Below, piece after piece: positions 19,313-30,892 of a DNA stretch of 64,000 nt; position 1 is the first letter of the stretch, and each line of letters starts with the position of its first letter. The DNA is taken from positions 63,857 to 127,856 of the forward strand of contig JADHTF010000002.1 in the NCBI GenBank assembly GCA_016776555.1, written 5' to 3'. The stretch comes from Chlorobium phaeobacteroides (lineage in GTDB: Bacteria; Bacteroidota; Chlorobiia; Chlorobiales; Chlorobiaceae). A model generated the notes under the pieces. That model saw only the letters and a list, made by a program, of their open reading frames with translations. It was not told where the DNA came from and searched no databases. The position numbers and the translations under genes are program-made.

Positions 19313-22069
19313 TTAAAACTCGTGCCCGAGGCTGAAATAGAGCAGCGTTTCGGCAAACCGCAAATCTGAATAGTCTCTGTAGCTTTGGCCGTCACTGGTG
19401 ATGAACGCTTTTCCGGCAGTGAAGCGCGCAGGGCCGATAGGTGTATCCCATTGCACGCCGGCTCCGATGCCGTGAACAAGATCCGCAGCTGAAATTGCCG
19501 CTCTGGTTTCCCAGACGTTACCTGCAGTATAGTACAACAGAAACGAGGTGGGAAATATCAGGTCAAAAGGGGGACTGTACCGGAACGACGTTCCAAGGGA
19601 AACCATGTTGCCGCCAATGAGATCATTTTCTCTCAAGCCGATGAATCTGCTGCTGTATGCACTGCCTGCACCGCCGAGGAAAAACCTTTCCGAAAAAGGA
19701 ATTCCAGGGCTGCTCAGGCCGAGAGCGAGTCTGAGCTGGCCTGAAACCCTTTCGCTGAAAGAGAGGTTCTCCTCATGTGCAAGAAGCAGTTTCCAGAAGG
19801 AGATATCATTAAGCAGCTCAGGCGTGAACGAGTAGCGCAGATTGGTGTGCCGTCCTTCTTTCGGGAGAAAGGAGTTGTCTCTTGTGTCGAGAGCGAACTC
19901 TACGGCCGCCGACGCGATGTCATTGTTTTCAGCGGTGAAATTGCCGCCTCCCCTGTTGTAGGTCTGCGTGTTTTTCATGGTCAGATCAAGCAGGAACTGA
20001 CTGTTTTTTTCAATTCTGGCTCCAATAGAAGAGGTGATGCCGTAGCGCTGAATGCCGAACTGTCCGATCTGTTCAGAACCTGGGAAGAGAAACCTGCCGG
20101 AGAATTCAGGGTGGCGTATGTCCAGGTTACGCTGGTCATAAAACAGTTTTGTCGTGAAGGTCAGGCTTGTGCTGCCGATCCGCGGCATATTGAATTCAAG
20201 GTTTGCCCGGTTGTTTTTTTCTCCGATTTTCATCCATCCCCCGATGGAGTTGGCTGTTCCGCCAAGGTTTTCATTTCTGAAATCGATGAGGGCCTGGGCA
20301 TTATAGGTGTTATCGTAATGAACCCCCAGTCTCAGGACATTGGAGGGCTTTTCATTGAGCCTTATCCTGAGCGTTCTTTTCCCTGTCGGGGCGGCAAGAG
20401 AGTCGTTCCCTGATATTCCGATGGAGACGCGGTTGAAAGCTCCTGTTCCAAACAGGTTGTCAATTGAACGTTCGATATCTTTCAGCCTGAGCGTTTTTGA
20501 TGTATCAATGGACAGCTCCCTCATGACAGGAGTGGTTCCGGTGATGTTCTTGTCTTTTGAGACGTCAAGGGAGGCTATTTTTCCTTCGGAAAGCTTTATG
20601 GAAAGTGTGTCGTCGGATACCTGTATCCATGCGATGTCGACAAGCGGGTAGCCTTTGTTCCTGAAGATCTTTACCAGTTTTTCCAGCGCTTCTGTTCCCT
20701 GGGCATTGGTGTAGCTTTTTCCTGTCAGCGTCCTGAAACAGGCGTCAAGTTCTTTTTGTTCTATCCCGGTTACCGGGTCGATCAGCTCAACAGTATCAAA
20801 TGAAGGCGGGGTTTCACAAAAAAACACAGCCTCTCCGAGGCGAGGATTGACCTCCGCATATACCTTCGTGAAACGGTCTGTTTCAAGCAGCGCTTTCAAC
20901 GCTTCCTCCGCATAGGAGGCGTTACGTATTATTTCGCTCGCGGCGAGGTACCGGCTCACTATTTTTCTGCCGCTGCCCGAGACCCTGAGTGTTTTTTTGT
21001 ACGAAGATATGCCGGTTTTTCTTTGAGCGGGCAGTTGGATATCCTGGCGGATTTTACCGGCCAGAGCTTTTCCGCTGACGTATCCCGCGCTCATCAGTTT
21101 GTCAAGTTGTGAGAAATCAATGGCAGGGTTGTTGCCGACATCCGGCGTGATGACAAGGTCGGCTTTTTCAAGCTGACGAGGGTACTGCAGTTCGATGAGT
21201 ATCGTCATGGTCTGGTCTGCCGCCTGCCAGGGGATGTCGATATCTTCCGCGAGGGTATACATGCTGCCTCTGGTGTCAACCCCGATTTTGTAATCAAGTG
21301 AAGCGTTTTCCAGCTCGTCTACAGCGAGATTTGCTACAAGTCCGCCGTCGGCGAGCTTCTGTTTGCCAAGCCCGATCGGCTCAAAGATAATCGGTATGGT
21401 ACTGCTTGCTCGCATCGCTTCTGAAAGCGTCCCCTCTGAAAGCGTGACGCGTTTTCCCGATACCAGGTCGGTTGTGACGGCCTTGAATGAGACCGGAAGG
21501 GAGCTGAACGAGCCTTCAGGATGGTAGAGGGCGTTCATGGTGAGCAGGTCGAGGGTTCTCGTCAGCTTTTGTGCCGAGCTCAGTGACCTGGGGATAACCA
21601 GTTTAAAGTTCTCGAAACGTATGGCTATGGTTGCCCTGTCGCGGATTTTCTGCTGTTCAAGAAATGTTTTAGCTCTTGGCGCGTCATTTTCAAGGGAAAG
21701 GAGTTCTTTCCAGGGTATGCTGACCGCTATCCTTTCAAGTTCTTCGGCGTTATATCCGGTGCTGTAGAGTCCTCCTATAACAGCGCCTATGCTGGTGCCT
21801 GCTATGGCGTCGACAGGGATGTTTTCTTCTTCAAGAGCCTTGAGCACGCCGATCTGGGCCAGACCGTTGGCCCCCCCTCCCGAAAGAGCGAGTCCCACCG
21901 TTTTTCTCGCGGCTCTCATGTAGGGTGCTATGGCAACGCGTCGTACCGGCAGATCGAGAGTATCGGGATACACAACGCTCCTGTTTTCAGCCTGAACCGG
22001 TGCAGGAGCGTGAAACACCAGAAGACAGCTCCAGAAGAGCATGGGGATGAGTAATCCGGTTTTGCGCAC
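19313..22069 (-). CDS. Patatin-like phospholipase with POTRA and Omp85/BamA-type barrel (PlpD/type Vd-like)
   Basis: Signal peptide, LSGGGANG, GTSIG, DGG motifs; C-terminal TPIGP...YFSLGHEF barrel end. Confidence 0.85.
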   Translation of the reverse strand: MRKTGLLIPMLFWSCLLVFHAPAPVQAENRSVVYPDTLDLPVRRVAIAPYMRAARKTVGLALSGGGANGLAQIGVLKALEEENIPVDAIAGTSIGAVIGGLYSTGYNAEELERIAVSIPWKELLSLENDAPRAKTFLEQQKIRDRATIAIRFENFKLVIPRSLSSAQKLTRTLDLLTMNALYHPEGSFSSLPVSFKAVTTDLVSGKRVTLSEGTLSEAMRASSTIPIIFEPIGLGKQKLADGGLVANLAVDELENASLDYKIGVDTRGSMYTLAEDIDIPWQAADQTMTILIELQYPRQLEKADLVITPDVGNNPAIDFSQLDKLMSAGYVSGKALAGKIRQDIQLPAQRKTGISSYKKTLRVSGSGRKIVSRYLAASEIIRNASYAEEALKALLETDRFTKVYAEVNPRLGEAVFFCETPPSFDTVELIDPVTGIEQKELDACFRTLTGKSYTNAQGTEALEKLVKIFRNKGYPLVDIAWIQVSDDTLSIKLSEGKIASLDVSKDKNITGTTPVMRELSIDTSKTLRLKDIERSIDNLFGTGAFNRVSIGISGNDSLAAPTGKRTLRIRLNEKPSNVLRLGVHYDNTYNAQALIDFRNENLGGTANSIGGWMKIGEKNNRANLEFNMPRIGSTSLTFTTKLFYDQRNLDIRHPEFSGRFLFPGSEQIGQFGIQRYGITSSIGARIEKNSQFLLDLTMKNTQTYNRGGGNFTAENNDIASAAVEFALDTRDNSFLPKEGRHTNLRYSFTPELLNDISFWKLLLAHEENLSFSERVSGQLRLALGLSSPGIPFSERFFLGGAGSAYSSRFIGLRENDLIGGNMVSLGTSFRYSPPFDLIFPTSFLLYYTAGNVWETRAAISAADLVHGIGAGVQWDTPIGPARFTAGKAFITSDGQSYRDYSDLRFAETLLYFSLGHEF

Positions 22070-22335
22070 TTGAAGACTCCGGAGTGTTGTTTTGAGATCT
22101 CAGGGTGACTTCATATCTTCACTGTACATCGTTGTAGAAGCGTTTGCTGATTTCTGCCGAATCCCTCATGATGAGAGGCAGCGCCGAATAACGGATGGAA
22201 GTCATCAGGTTGTGCTACTTACAGAACAATGCATTGTTCGCTTTACAGGTCAGCTGTCATGTGTCGTTCTTTTTTCCGACAGTCGAATGAATCGCTCAAT
22301 TCAGTGTAATGTATAATCTTTACCGATAATTAAAA

Positions 22336-23211
22336 ATGGTCTGGTTTAAACGGGCAAAGCCCTCGATACGTACCAGTGACAGGCGGGATATTCCGGAAGG
22401 TCTCTGGCGGAAATGCGACAGCTGCGGAGCGGCGCTTCATAAAAAACAGGTGGAGGATCATCTGCATACCTGTTGTGAGTGTGGTCACCATTTCAGGATA
22501 TCGCCCGGCAGATACTTTTCGCTTCTTTTCGATGAAAATACCTATGAAGAGTTCTGTACCACCCTTCGTGCTGCTGACCCTCTTGTCTTTTCCGATACCA
22601 AGAAATATCCTGATCGGGTAGAGGCGGTGATTGAAAAAAGCGGCAAGACCGAGGCCTGCAGAAACGCGTCTGGTCTTATCGGCGGTCGTCAGGCTGTGAT
22701 ATCCGCCATGGATTTCGGATTTATCGGAGGATCTATGGGATCGGTTGTCGGTGAAAAGATCGCGAGAGCGATAGATACAAGCATTGAACGTAACGCGCCG
22801 CTGATCATTATTTCCCAGTCGGGCGGGGCGCGAATGATGGAGGGCGCCTTCAGCCTTATGCAGATGGCCAAGACATCCGCAAGGCTTTCAAGGCTTGCTG
22901 AAAAGAAAATCCCCTACATATCCCTTATGACCGACCCTACCATGGGGGGAACCAGTGCTTCCTATGCCATGCTCGGTGACGTCAATATCAGCGAGCCGAA
23001 AGCGCTTATCGGTTTTGCCGGGCCGAGAGTGATCAAGGATACCATCAAGCGCGAACTTCCCGAGGGATTCCAGCGTGCTGAATTTCTTCTCGAACACGGT
23101 TTTCTTGATATGATTGTGCATCGGAGGGACCTGAAAGGCCGGATTTCACAGCTGCTCGGTCATCTTGCCGAAGCGGACCAGCCGAGTGCCGAAGCGGTAA
23201 CGGGGAACTGA
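22336..23211 (+). CDS. accD: Acetyl-CoA carboxylase carboxyltransferase beta subunit
   Basis: CxxC...CxxC zinc finger, [29 protein letters not shown]. Confidence 0.95.
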   Translation: MVWFKRAKPSIRTSDRRDIPEGLWRKCDSCGAALHKKQVEDHLHTCCECGHHFRISPGRYFSLLFDENTYEEFCTTLRAADPLVFSDTKKYPDRVEAVIEKSGKTEACRNASGLIGGRQAVISAMDFGFIGGSMGSVVGEKIARAIDTSIERNAPLIIISQSGGARMMEGAFSLMQMAKTSARLSRLAEKKIPYISLMTDPTMGGTSASYAMLGDVNISEPKALIGFAGPRVIKDTIKRELPEGFQRAEFLLEHGFLDMIVHRRDLKGRISQLLGHLAEADQPSAEAVTGN

Positions 23212-23822
23212 GTGATGAAAATATCCCGGACTTCTTGCGCGATATCCCGGTGCTCTTTCTGGGTGCCGGCATCGGTACGGACTTCTATGTAGTGGATCCA
23301 GCTTCTTACCGATCCTTTCATATAGAGTTTTGTCTGTGTGTTGAGCGGCAGAAGCATTCTCGCGCACTCTCTGGCGATTCCCTTCTCAAGAGCCTCGTTA
23401 TACTTTTCAACGGAAAGCGCGCGTATCTCCTCCTGAGCATCGGTAAACCAACGGGTTGTCGATGCATCGAGGTCGTTTATCGAGTGCTGGCGGTTGTTGC
23501 TGTCCTGTCTTCTGGGAGAGCAGGTTTCAAAATTATTGACTTTGGCGTAGCGTTGGGAGAATTCCTGGAAGACAAAACTGCGATGACGCAGTATCTGCGG
23601 GGAAATCGCACGGGAGGTGACGATTTCAACCGTCATGTCGACCATTTCAAAAATGCTCCAGTGCCTGTTTTTAATGCAGTAGGCAAGCAGCTTCTCATAA
23701 TCGAGATTCTCCTGATGCGGGCTCGATACCCTGGCGCAGTATGCGATAAGCCCTTCAGGGCTGAGTTTTTCGTTTTGGATTTCGACAAGCGGATTTGTTA
23801 CGGCAATCAGGCGGACTTTCAT
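23160..23822 (-). CDS. thyX: FAD-dependent thymidylate synthase
   Basis: [20 protein letters not shown] ThyX motif, [13 protein letters not shown]; ATG at 23822. Confidence 0.93.
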   Translation of the reverse strand: MKVRLIAVTNPLVEIQNEKLSPEGLIAYCARVSSPHQENLDYEKLLAYCIKNRHWSIFEMVDMTVEIVTSRAISPQILRHRSFVFQEFSQRYAKVNNFETCSPRRQDSNNRQHSINDLDASTTRWFTDAQEEIRALSVEKYNEALEKGIARECARMLLPLNTQTKLYMKGSVRSWIHYIEVRTDAGTQKEHRDIAQEVRDIFITQFPVTASALGWSASAR

Positions 23823-24242
23823 TGTAAAACGTTGAGAAGAGTGACTGGTGACTGGTGACAATGCCAAGTTAAAAAAGGAAAACCACTTTTCCGATTTCCC
23901 GTTTCTGCTGCAAATCACGACTTCATGACGGCAAAAAGCAGTTTTTTTTCGTTAAATCAGGGCTGTGATCTTGTATAGTTCACGCCGGAGGTTATCTTAA
24001 AAATTTTATACTTCGGCACAGCTATGAAATATGTATCGTTATAAGAACGCTCAGGGGAGGGATGCCACGGATTCCGGGATTGGTGTAACCAGCGTTATTT
24101 CAAGTCGCAGCTTCTGTTTATTCGACTTTGTCCGTTAAAGATTGCCGGTGCCGGAACGGATGAATGCCTGCAAAGGTTTCATAGGTGTACGGATCATCAT
24201 TCTGTAATTGAAATTTGTCAGTTGAAACGGAGAAATGCTTTT

Positions 24243-24929
24243 ATGGCCAATATAAATTTCGGGTTTGAGCACCAGGCAAAAAAAATGTACTCTGGCGCAA
24301 TCGAACAGGGCATTACAAACAGCCTTGTGCCTATGGTTATTGAAACGTCCGGACGCGGTGAACGGGCTTTTGATATATTTTCACGGCTTCTGCGGGAACG
24401 CATCATTTTTCTGGGAACACCTATAGATGATCATGTGGCCAGTCTGCTTATGGCGCAGCTGCTGTTCCTTGAATCGGAAGATCCTGAACGGGATGTATTT
24501 TTGTATATCAACTCTCCCGGAGGCAGCGTATCAGCCGGTCTCGGAGTCTACGATACCATTCAGTATATCCGTTCTGAAGTCTCCACTGTCTGTGTCGGCA
24601 TGGCGGCAAGCATGGGGGCGTTTCTGCTCGCGTGCGGGGCAAACGGTAAAAGAGCGTCACTTCCGCATTCGCGTATCATGATCCATCAGCCTTCAGGCGG
24701 AGTTCAGGGTCAGGAAACGGATATTCTTATCCAGGCCAGGGAAATCGAGAAGATTCGCAAGCTTCTCGAGGAGATCATGGCGAGCCATTGCGGACAGGAT
24801 GTGGAGAAAATCAGAGAGGATTCCGAAAGGGATCGCTGGATGAATGCGGAAGAAGCAAAGGCTTACGGTATTATCGATCAGATTTTTTCGAAGCGTCCCG
24901 CTTCTGAAAAAGAAAAAACATCGGAGTAG
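24243..24929 (+). CDS. clpP: ATP-dependent Clp protease proteolytic subunit
   Basis: [37 protein letters not shown]. Confidence 0.96.
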   Translation: MANINFGFEHQAKKMYSGAIEQGITNSLVPMVIETSGRGERAFDIFSRLLRERIIFLGTPIDDHVASLLMAQLLFLESEDPERDVFLYINSPGGSVSAGLGVYDTIQYIRSEVSTVCVGMAASMGAFLLACGANGKRASLPHSRIMIHQPSGGVQGQETDILIQAREIEKIRKLLEEIMASHCGQDVEKIREDSERDRWMNAEEAKAYGIIDQIFSKRPASEKEKTSE

Positions 24930-25029
24930 GAAAACTTCCAAAGCCGGTGTTTCAGTTCAATAAATGAAGTAGATGCAGACATTGTCGGAAGGCGATGTCT
25001 GCATTTACGTATGGCATCATAAGCGAGTA

Positions 25030-27729
25030 ATGAGTTCAAACCTCGAAAAGACCTATAATCATCATGATGTGGAGGGCCGCTGGAACAGCGCGCACTGGGA
25101 GTCTCTCGGTACCTTCGATGCGGAGAGTTCACGAGTGATCGAAGGGGACAAGGCATCCTATACGGTGCTGATGCCGCCGCCTAACGTTACCGGCAGCCTG
25201 ACCCTCGGCCATGTTCTTAACCACACCCTGCAGGATATATTTATTCGTTATCAGCGCATGTCAGGACGAGAAGCGCTCTGGCTGCCGGGTACCGATCATG
25301 CCGGTATCGCGACACAGACCGTGGTTGAAAAAAAGCTTCGTAAAGACGGGGTGTCGCGTTACGACCTGGGCCGCAAGGAGTTTCTTGAACATGTATGGAA
25401 ATGGCGGGATGAGTACGGCGGGCTTATTCTCAAACAGCTTCGGACTCTTGGTATTTCCTGTGACTGGCGGCGTAATCTTTTCACCATGGACGAAGGCGCA
25501 TCCAGTGCGGTTCGTCACGCTTTTGTCTCTCTCTACAGGGATGGTTTGATCTATCGGGGAAAACGGATCATCAACTGGTGCCCTGTCTCGCAGACAGCGC
25601 TTTCCGATGAAGAGGTGATCATGAAACCCCGGAAGGACAAGCTGGTATTTGTCCGTTATGCCCTGGCCAAAAGACCGGGAGAGTATATCACGATAGCCAC
25701 TGTCAGGCCGGAAACCATTCTGGCGGATGTTGCCATCGCGGTCAATCCGGAAGATCCGAGGTATCGTGATCTCGTTGGAGAGCTGGCCGTCGTCCCGATT
25801 GCCGGACGGCATATTCCCGTCATTGCCGATGAGTATGTCGATATTGATTTCGGGACAGGTGCGTTGAAAATCACGCCGGCACACGATCCGAATGACTTTG
25901 AGGTCGCGGGCCGTCATAACCTTCCTGTTCTCTCGGTTGTCGGGCGTGACGGCAAAATGATCGATGAATTCGGGTACGCGGGTCTTGACCGTTTTGAGGC
26001 GAGGGAGAGGATTACAGAGGATCTTGAAAGCAGGGGTAATCTCGTCAAGGTCGAGGAGTACGAGCATAATGTGGGATACTCTGAAAGAGCGGACGTTGTC
26101 GTGGAACCCTATCTTTCCGAGCAGTGGTTTGTCACCATGAAGCCTCTTGCCGAAAAAGCCCTTGAGGTGGTCAATGACGGCCAGATACGGTTTCATCCGT
26201 CACACTGGATCAGCACCTATCGGCACTGGATGGAAAATATCCGGGACTGGTGTATTTCACGCCAGCTCTGGTGGGGACACAGGATACCCGCATGGTATGA
26301 CCAGGAAGGAAAAATCTGGGTTGCGGAATCTTATGAAGATGCCTGCCATCTTGCCGGAACAGATAAGCTTGTTCAGGATGAGGATGTACTGGATACCTGG
26401 TTTTCATCGTGGCTCTGGCCGCTGACGACACTGGGCTGGACCGGCAAGGATGAGGACAATAAGGATATTCAGGCATTTTATCCGACCGATACTCTTGTGA
26501 CAGGGCCGGATATCATTTTCTTCTGGGTTGCCCGGATGATCATGGCCGGTTTGTATTTCAAGGGGGACGTACCGTTCAGGGATGTTTACTTTACCAGCAT
26601 CATCAGGGACATGAAAGGCAGAAAACTTTCCAAATCCCTCGGCAATTCCCCCGATCCCCTGAAAGTTATCGATGCCTATGGGACCGATGCGCTTCGCTTT
26701 ACCATTGTCTACATTGCTCCTCTTGGACAGGATGTGCTGTTTGGTGAAGAGAAATGCGAGTTCGGCCGGAATTTTGCCACCAAGATATGGAACGCCGCCC
26801 GGCTTGTGTTCATGCAGCGGGAAAAAGTGTTCGGCTCTTCTGACGCTTTCAGCGATCTCTATCAGGGTTTTACTCCTGAGTCCGCCTCTCTGTCCGATGC
26901 CCAGCAATGGATAACGGGTCGTTACCAGGAAATGCTCGGTTCCTATCACAAAGCGTTCGCGCAGTTCAGAATGAACGATATCACCAGGATTGTCTATGAC
27001 TTTTTCCGTGGCGATTATTGTGACTGGTACCTGGAAACCCTGAAAATCGAGTTGGACGGAGAGCGCGACGAGACGAAAAACCGTCATGCGGTATGTCTTG
27101 CCGTCTACCTTTTAGAGGGTATACTGAAGGTGCTCCATCCTGTCATGCCGTTTATCACGGAAGAAATCTGGCATCACATTCTCGAACGTGACAGCAGTGA
27201 AAGCATCGCTCATGCAGCCATGCCTCAGGCAGTGGAGGGATGGTCGGACGATATGCCGAAGCACTTCTCTTCCGTTCAGAAAATCATATCGGAAACACGA
27301 AGCCTTCGTGCGGTTTTCGGTGTTCCGCACGATATGAAAGCAAGCCTGGTTGTCAGTGCTCCTGAAGAGTCTGCAAGGAGGATAGTTACCGCCAACGCTC
27401 ACATCGTGACCAGAATGACCGACTGCAGCGTCACTATTGAAGATGGAGATCTGCCGCGTCCGCCCCATTCGGCAAGTTCCGTGGTTGACGGGAATGAACT
27501 TTTTATGCCTCTTGAAGGGTTGATTTCGTTTGAAAAAGAGATTGCCCGACTGGAGAAAGAGGCCGACAATATTTCTTCATATGTTACACGCATGGAGAAA
27601 AAACTTTCCAATAAAGGTTTTGTCGATAACGCCCCGGATGAGGTGATTGAAGGTGAGCGTTCAAAGCTGGCCGATGCGAAAAGCAATCTCGGCAAAGTGC
27701 AGGCCAGTCTGGAAGTTCTCTGCAACTGA
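25030..27729 (+). CDS. valS: Valine--tRNA ligase
   Basis: [42 protein letters not shown]-terminal coiled coil. Confidence 0.96.
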   Translation: MSSNLEKTYNHHDVEGRWNSAHWESLGTFDAESSRVIEGDKASYTVLMPPPNVTGSLTLGHVLNHTLQDIFIRYQRMSGREALWLPGTDHAGIATQTVVEKKLRKDGVSRYDLGRKEFLEHVWKWRDEYGGLILKQLRTLGISCDWRRNLFTMDEGASSAVRHAFVSLYRDGLIYRGKRIINWCPVSQTALSDEEVIMKPRKDKLVFVRYALAKRPGEYITIATVRPETILADVAIAVNPEDPRYRDLVGELAVVPIAGRHIPVIADEYVDIDFGTGALKITPAHDPNDFEVAGRHNLPVLSVVGRDGKMIDEFGYAGLDRFEARERITEDLESRGNLVKVEEYEHNVGYSERADVVVEPYLSEQWFVTMKPLAEKALEVVNDGQIRFHPSHWISTYRHWMENIRDWCISRQLWWGHRIPAWYDQEGKIWVAESYEDACHLAGTDKLVQDEDVLDTWFSSWLWPLTTLGWTGKDEDNKDIQAFYPTDTLVTGPDIIFFWVARMIMAGLYFKGDVPFRDVYFTSIIRDMKGRKLSKSLGNSPDPLKVIDAYGTDALRFTIVYIAPLGQDVLFGEEKCEFGRNFATKIWNAARLVFMQREKVFGSSDAFSDLYQGFTPESASLSDAQQWITGRYQEMLGSYHKAFAQFRMNDITRIVYDFFRGDYCDWYLETLKIELDGERDETKNRHAVCLAVYLLEGILKVLHPVMPFITEEIWHHILERDSSESIAHAAMPQAVEGWSDDMPKHFSSVQKIISETRSLRAVFGVPHDMKASLVVSAPEESARRIVTANAHIVTRMTDCSVTIEDGDLPRPPHSASSVVDGNELFMPLEGLISFEKEIARLEKEADNISSYVTRMEKKLSNKGFVDNAPDEVIEGERSKLADAKSNLGKVQASLEVLCN

Positions 27730-27879
27730 AACAGAGGCTTATAATGAGTTGTTTTTTTTTCTGCTCGTAACGGAAACGTTCTGTTCGCGGGGAGAGCATG
27801 AACAGACGGTTGATGTGGCGGGCCGGACTGTCATCTGTGATACTGAGAAGGTATATTCAAGTAATATGTAAGACGGAGA

Positions 27880-28785
27880 GTGTCAATGCGGCAATTGAAA
27901 ATAAGTAAACAGATCACCAATCGCGAGAGTCTCTCTCTTGATCGTTACCTGCAGGAGATCGGTAAATATGAGCTTCTGACGGCGGAAGATGAGGTGAAGC
28001 TCACCAAGGCGATCAAGGCGGGTTACGATATGCCTGTTGATACCACCGAATACAAACGGGCCAAACGGGCTCTCGACAAGCTTATCAAAGGAAATCTGCG
28101 TTTTGTCGTCTCAGTCGCCAAACAATACCAGAATCAGGGACTGACGCTTGGTGACCTGATCAACGAGGGGAATCTCGGCCTGATCAAAGCCGCTAAACGT
28201 TTTGACGAAACCAGAGGGTTCAAGTTTATTTCTTATGCCGTCTGGTGGATCAGGCAGTCTATTCTGCAGGCTCTTGCCGAACAGTCAAGGATCGTACGTC
28301 TTCCCCTGAACCGTGTCGGTACGCTCAACAAGATCAGTAAAGCCTACAGTCAGCTTGAGCAGGAGTATGAAAGGGATCCGAATACCAAGGAACTCGCGAA
28401 TCTTCTTGATATGGATTCTCAGGATGTCGCCGATACGTTGAAAATAGCTGGTCGCCACGTATCCGTGGACGCTCCCTTTGCCCAGGGCGATGATAACCGT
28501 TTGCTTGATGTACTGCAGAACGACGGTCACAAACCCGATCACGGTCTGACCCGTGATTCGCTCAACCTCGAAGTCGAGCGTTCTCTTTCCGTGCTTGCTC
28601 CCCGTGAAGCGGATGTGATCCGCTCCTATTTTGGTATCGGGATGGACAATCCGCTCACTCTTGAGGAGATCGGCGAGAAATTCAAGCTTACCCGTGAGCG
28701 GGTGCGCCAGATCAAGGAAAAAGCCATTAAACGACTTCGTCAGTCAGCGTACAGTAAAGTTCTCAAAGAGTATATCGGCAGTTAG
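27880..28785 (+). CDS. sigA: Primary RNA polymerase sigma-70 factor (short form lacking region 1.1)
   Basis: [43 protein letters not shown]...TRERVRQI. Confidence 0.9.
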   Translation: MSMRQLKISKQITNRESLSLDRYLQEIGKYELLTAEDEVKLTKAIKAGYDMPVDTTEYKRAKRALDKLIKGNLRFVVSVAKQYQNQGLTLGDLINEGNLGLIKAAKRFDETRGFKFISYAVWWIRQSILQALAEQSRIVRLPLNRVGTLNKISKAYSQLEQEYERDPNTKELANLLDMDSQDVADTLKIAGRHVSVDAPFAQGDDNRLLDVLQNDGHKPDHGLTRDSLNLEVERSLSVLAPREADVIRSYFGIGMDNPLTLEEIGEKFKLTRERVRQIKEKAIKRLRQSAYSKVLKEYIGS

Positions 28786-28807
28786 TCATGCCCGTGCTGT
28801 CGGAGGA

Positions 28808-29614
28808 TTACCTGTTCAGCAGAAGCGTTATCCTGTCCCCGGCCTCCAGGCCGAGTATGCCGGATGCATTGCCGTTTCGTATCGCTATTTCAAGAAACCC
28901 GCTGCTGCCTGTATAGGCGAGCGCGACGCCTTGTGCGACATCCGCGTAGGTTCGATAGACCGACAGGATGTCGCCGTTTTCAGTACGTATTCCGGCCGTC
29001 TCTTCCTTTCCTGTGATCATATCGCCCGTGAACGAGGTTATCAGGTTGCCGTAGACATCGGCATAGAGAACCGTTCCTTCCCATGAACTGCCGCTGTCAC
29101 AGGGGCTGTTTTCAGGAAAACCAATGCGTATACAGCTGTCAGGATCGATAGCTTTTCCCAGCCTGGATGGTTCAACACCGTTTGCAAGGTGCGCCGCAGC
29201 TGGAGAAAAAACGTCCCTTCCGTGGAACGTGGCGCTCTGTCCTGCAAGCATGAAGGAGGGATTCGTTATGGCGAAACACTCCTTTATGTTCTCTGTTTTC
29301 ATCACTGAACTCAGCAGACCGTTATCCGGGGCGATAAACACCTGTTTTTCCGTTACGAGGGCGATGGCGTTTCTCGCTGTTCCGACGCCGGGGTCGACCA
29401 CTGCTGTAAATATCGTGCCGTCCGGAAAATACGGCGCCGATGAGCCAAGCAGCAGCGCTCCATGCAGGATATTCTGTGCGGAGATGCAATGGGTAAGGTC
29501 TATAACTCTCGTATGCGGGGAAATGCCGGCTATCACCCCTTTCATAACGCCTGCATAGGGATCCTGAAGGCCGAAATCGGTCATCAGTACGATCAGGGGT
29601 TGCGTTGTTCTCAT
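28808..29614 (-). CDS. SAM hydrolase / SAM-dependent halogenase family (DUF62)
   Basis: TDFG..D.Y, VVDPGVG, APDNG, TFHGRDVF, D.YGN, GSSGFLEIA. Confidence 0.88.
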   Translation of the reverse strand: MRTTQPLIVLMTDFGLQDPYAGVMKGVIAGISPHTRVIDLTHCISAQNILHGALLLGSSAPYFPDGTIFTAVVDPGVGTARNAIALVTEKQVFIAPDNGLLSSVMKTENIKECFAITNPSFMLAGQSATFHGRDVFSPAAAHLANGVEPSRLGKAIDPDSCIRIGFPENSPCDSGSSWEGTVLYADVYGNLITSFTGDMITGKEETAGIRTENGDILSVYRTYADVAQGVALAYTGSSGFLEIAIRNGNASGILGLEAGDRITLLLNR

Positions 29615-29617
29615 GGA

Positions 29618-30700
29618 TTATCTGTTTGCGGTTTTATAGATGGCAATGCCTACAGCGAGAAACAGCAGGTCAGGCAGCCATGCAGCCAGTACAGGATCAA
29701 GCAGTCCACGGTATCCGGCAGTGGAGAGTGTTCTCTGCAGGCCGAGATAGATAAATCCTGTAAAGAGGCTGATGCCGAACTCGATGGCCAGTCCGCTGCG
29801 CTTTTTACGGGCCGAAAGAGGGACTCCTGTCAGGATAACGATCACAGAGGCAAGAGGCAGGGCCAGCTTGTTATGGAATTTCACTATTACCCTGTCGAGA
29901 TTCGAGAAGCCGGCCTCCCGCTTTTCATCGATATACCGGTAGTGCTGCATGATATCCATTTCATCCGGCTGGATACTCAGGTCTCTGAGGGATGTTGCGC
30001 TCAGAGAGAGCGTAAGGGTGTCGTTGCCCGGATTTAGCGTGTAGCTCATGCCGTTCTGGCTGAACACCCGCGTCCGGGTTTCATGGAGTATCCATCGATC
30101 AAGCGTTTCGTCGTAGGAGATTTTTTTCGCATCGATCCGGCTTGCGATTTCCGGGCCCTCGAAGGTTTCGAGTGAAATGTTCAGGCCGGTGTTGTTCTGC
30201 TGGTCCAGTGAACCGATAGATAATATCCGGTTACGGGACTCGAGAATATGCAGGTTGTTACTGCTGGAGATATTTTCGAAGGTCTTGTCGAAATACTGTG
30301 TTTCAAATCTGTTTTTCAACGCGGCGGCTTTCGGGTAGAGCCATCCTGCATTAAGGATATTAAAAAACGACACAAGTAATGCTACGGCGAGAAACGGCTT
30401 GAGAAGCTGGTGCATTCCCGCGCCAGCCGTCTTCATGGCCGTAAGTTCGCTCGATCCCGAGAGCCGTCCTGTGATATAGAGCGAGGCGAGGAGGCTGCTT
30501 ATCGGGGAAGTCAGGAGGATGGTTTCAGGGATGAGGCTCCAGTAATAGAGTATGATCTGTTCAGCCTCAATACCTTTGTCGATAAAGCTGCCTAAGTTTT
30601 CAATCAGACTGACAACGATGAACAGGGAGACAAAACTTATGCCGGCAAATACATAGGTTGTAAAATACTGCCGGGCGATGTATTTGTCCAGAAGTTTCAT
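29618..30700 (-). CDS. LptF/LptG family LPS export permease
   Basis: KLLDKYI N-terminus, SELTAMKTAG, 3+3 TM arrangement, AAWLP. Confidence 0.88.
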   Translation of the reverse strand: MKLLDKYIARQYFTTYVFAGISFVSLFIVVSLIENLGSFIDKGIEAEQIILYYWSLIPETILLTSPISSLLASLYITGRLSGSSELTAMKTAGAGMHQLLKPFLAVALLVSFFNILNAGWLYPKAAALKNRFETQYFDKTFENISSSNNLHILESRNRILSIGSLDQQNNTGLNISLETFEGPEIASRIDAKKISYDETLDRWILHETRTRVFSQNGMSYTLNPGNDTLTLSLSATSLRDLSIQPDEMDIMQHYRYIDEKREAGFSNLDRVIVKFHNKLALPLASVIVILTGVPLSARKKRSGLAIEFGISLFTGFIYLGLQRTLSTAGYRGLLDPVLAAWLPDLLFLAVGIAIYKTANR

Positions 30701-30759
30701 GGGACAGTAGTGACTCACGGGGTGATCCGGCATCCATGCAGTTTTTCCAAACCTCTTAC

Positions 30760-30823
30760 GGATTCCCGTGTAAGACCTGTGAAATTATATGCTCGGATTT
30801 CACAGGTCTTACACGGGAATGAC
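30760..30823. repeat. REP-like hairpin with loop expanded into a 24 bp perfect stem
   Basis: ATTCCCGTGTAAGACCTGTGAAAT-11 nt-ATTTCACAGGTCTTACACGGGAAT, flanked by GG and GAC as in the 57072 copy. Confidence 0.8.
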
Positions 30824-30892
30824 TTTTCTTTTTCCGTTAGAGACTATCCAATAGTCATTTCTCATGCAGGTTTCTGGCCTCAAGGTTCCTGA

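Noticed and set aside
25261-26196. Long antisense ORFs (also 15-845, 38151-39101, 47618-48535)
   Set aside because: Shadow frames of well-supported genes with no recognisable motifs.
28808-29614. Chlorinase/fluorinase natural-product cluster
   Set aside because: Housekeeping neighbourhood; more likely the widespread DUF62 SAM hydrolase.
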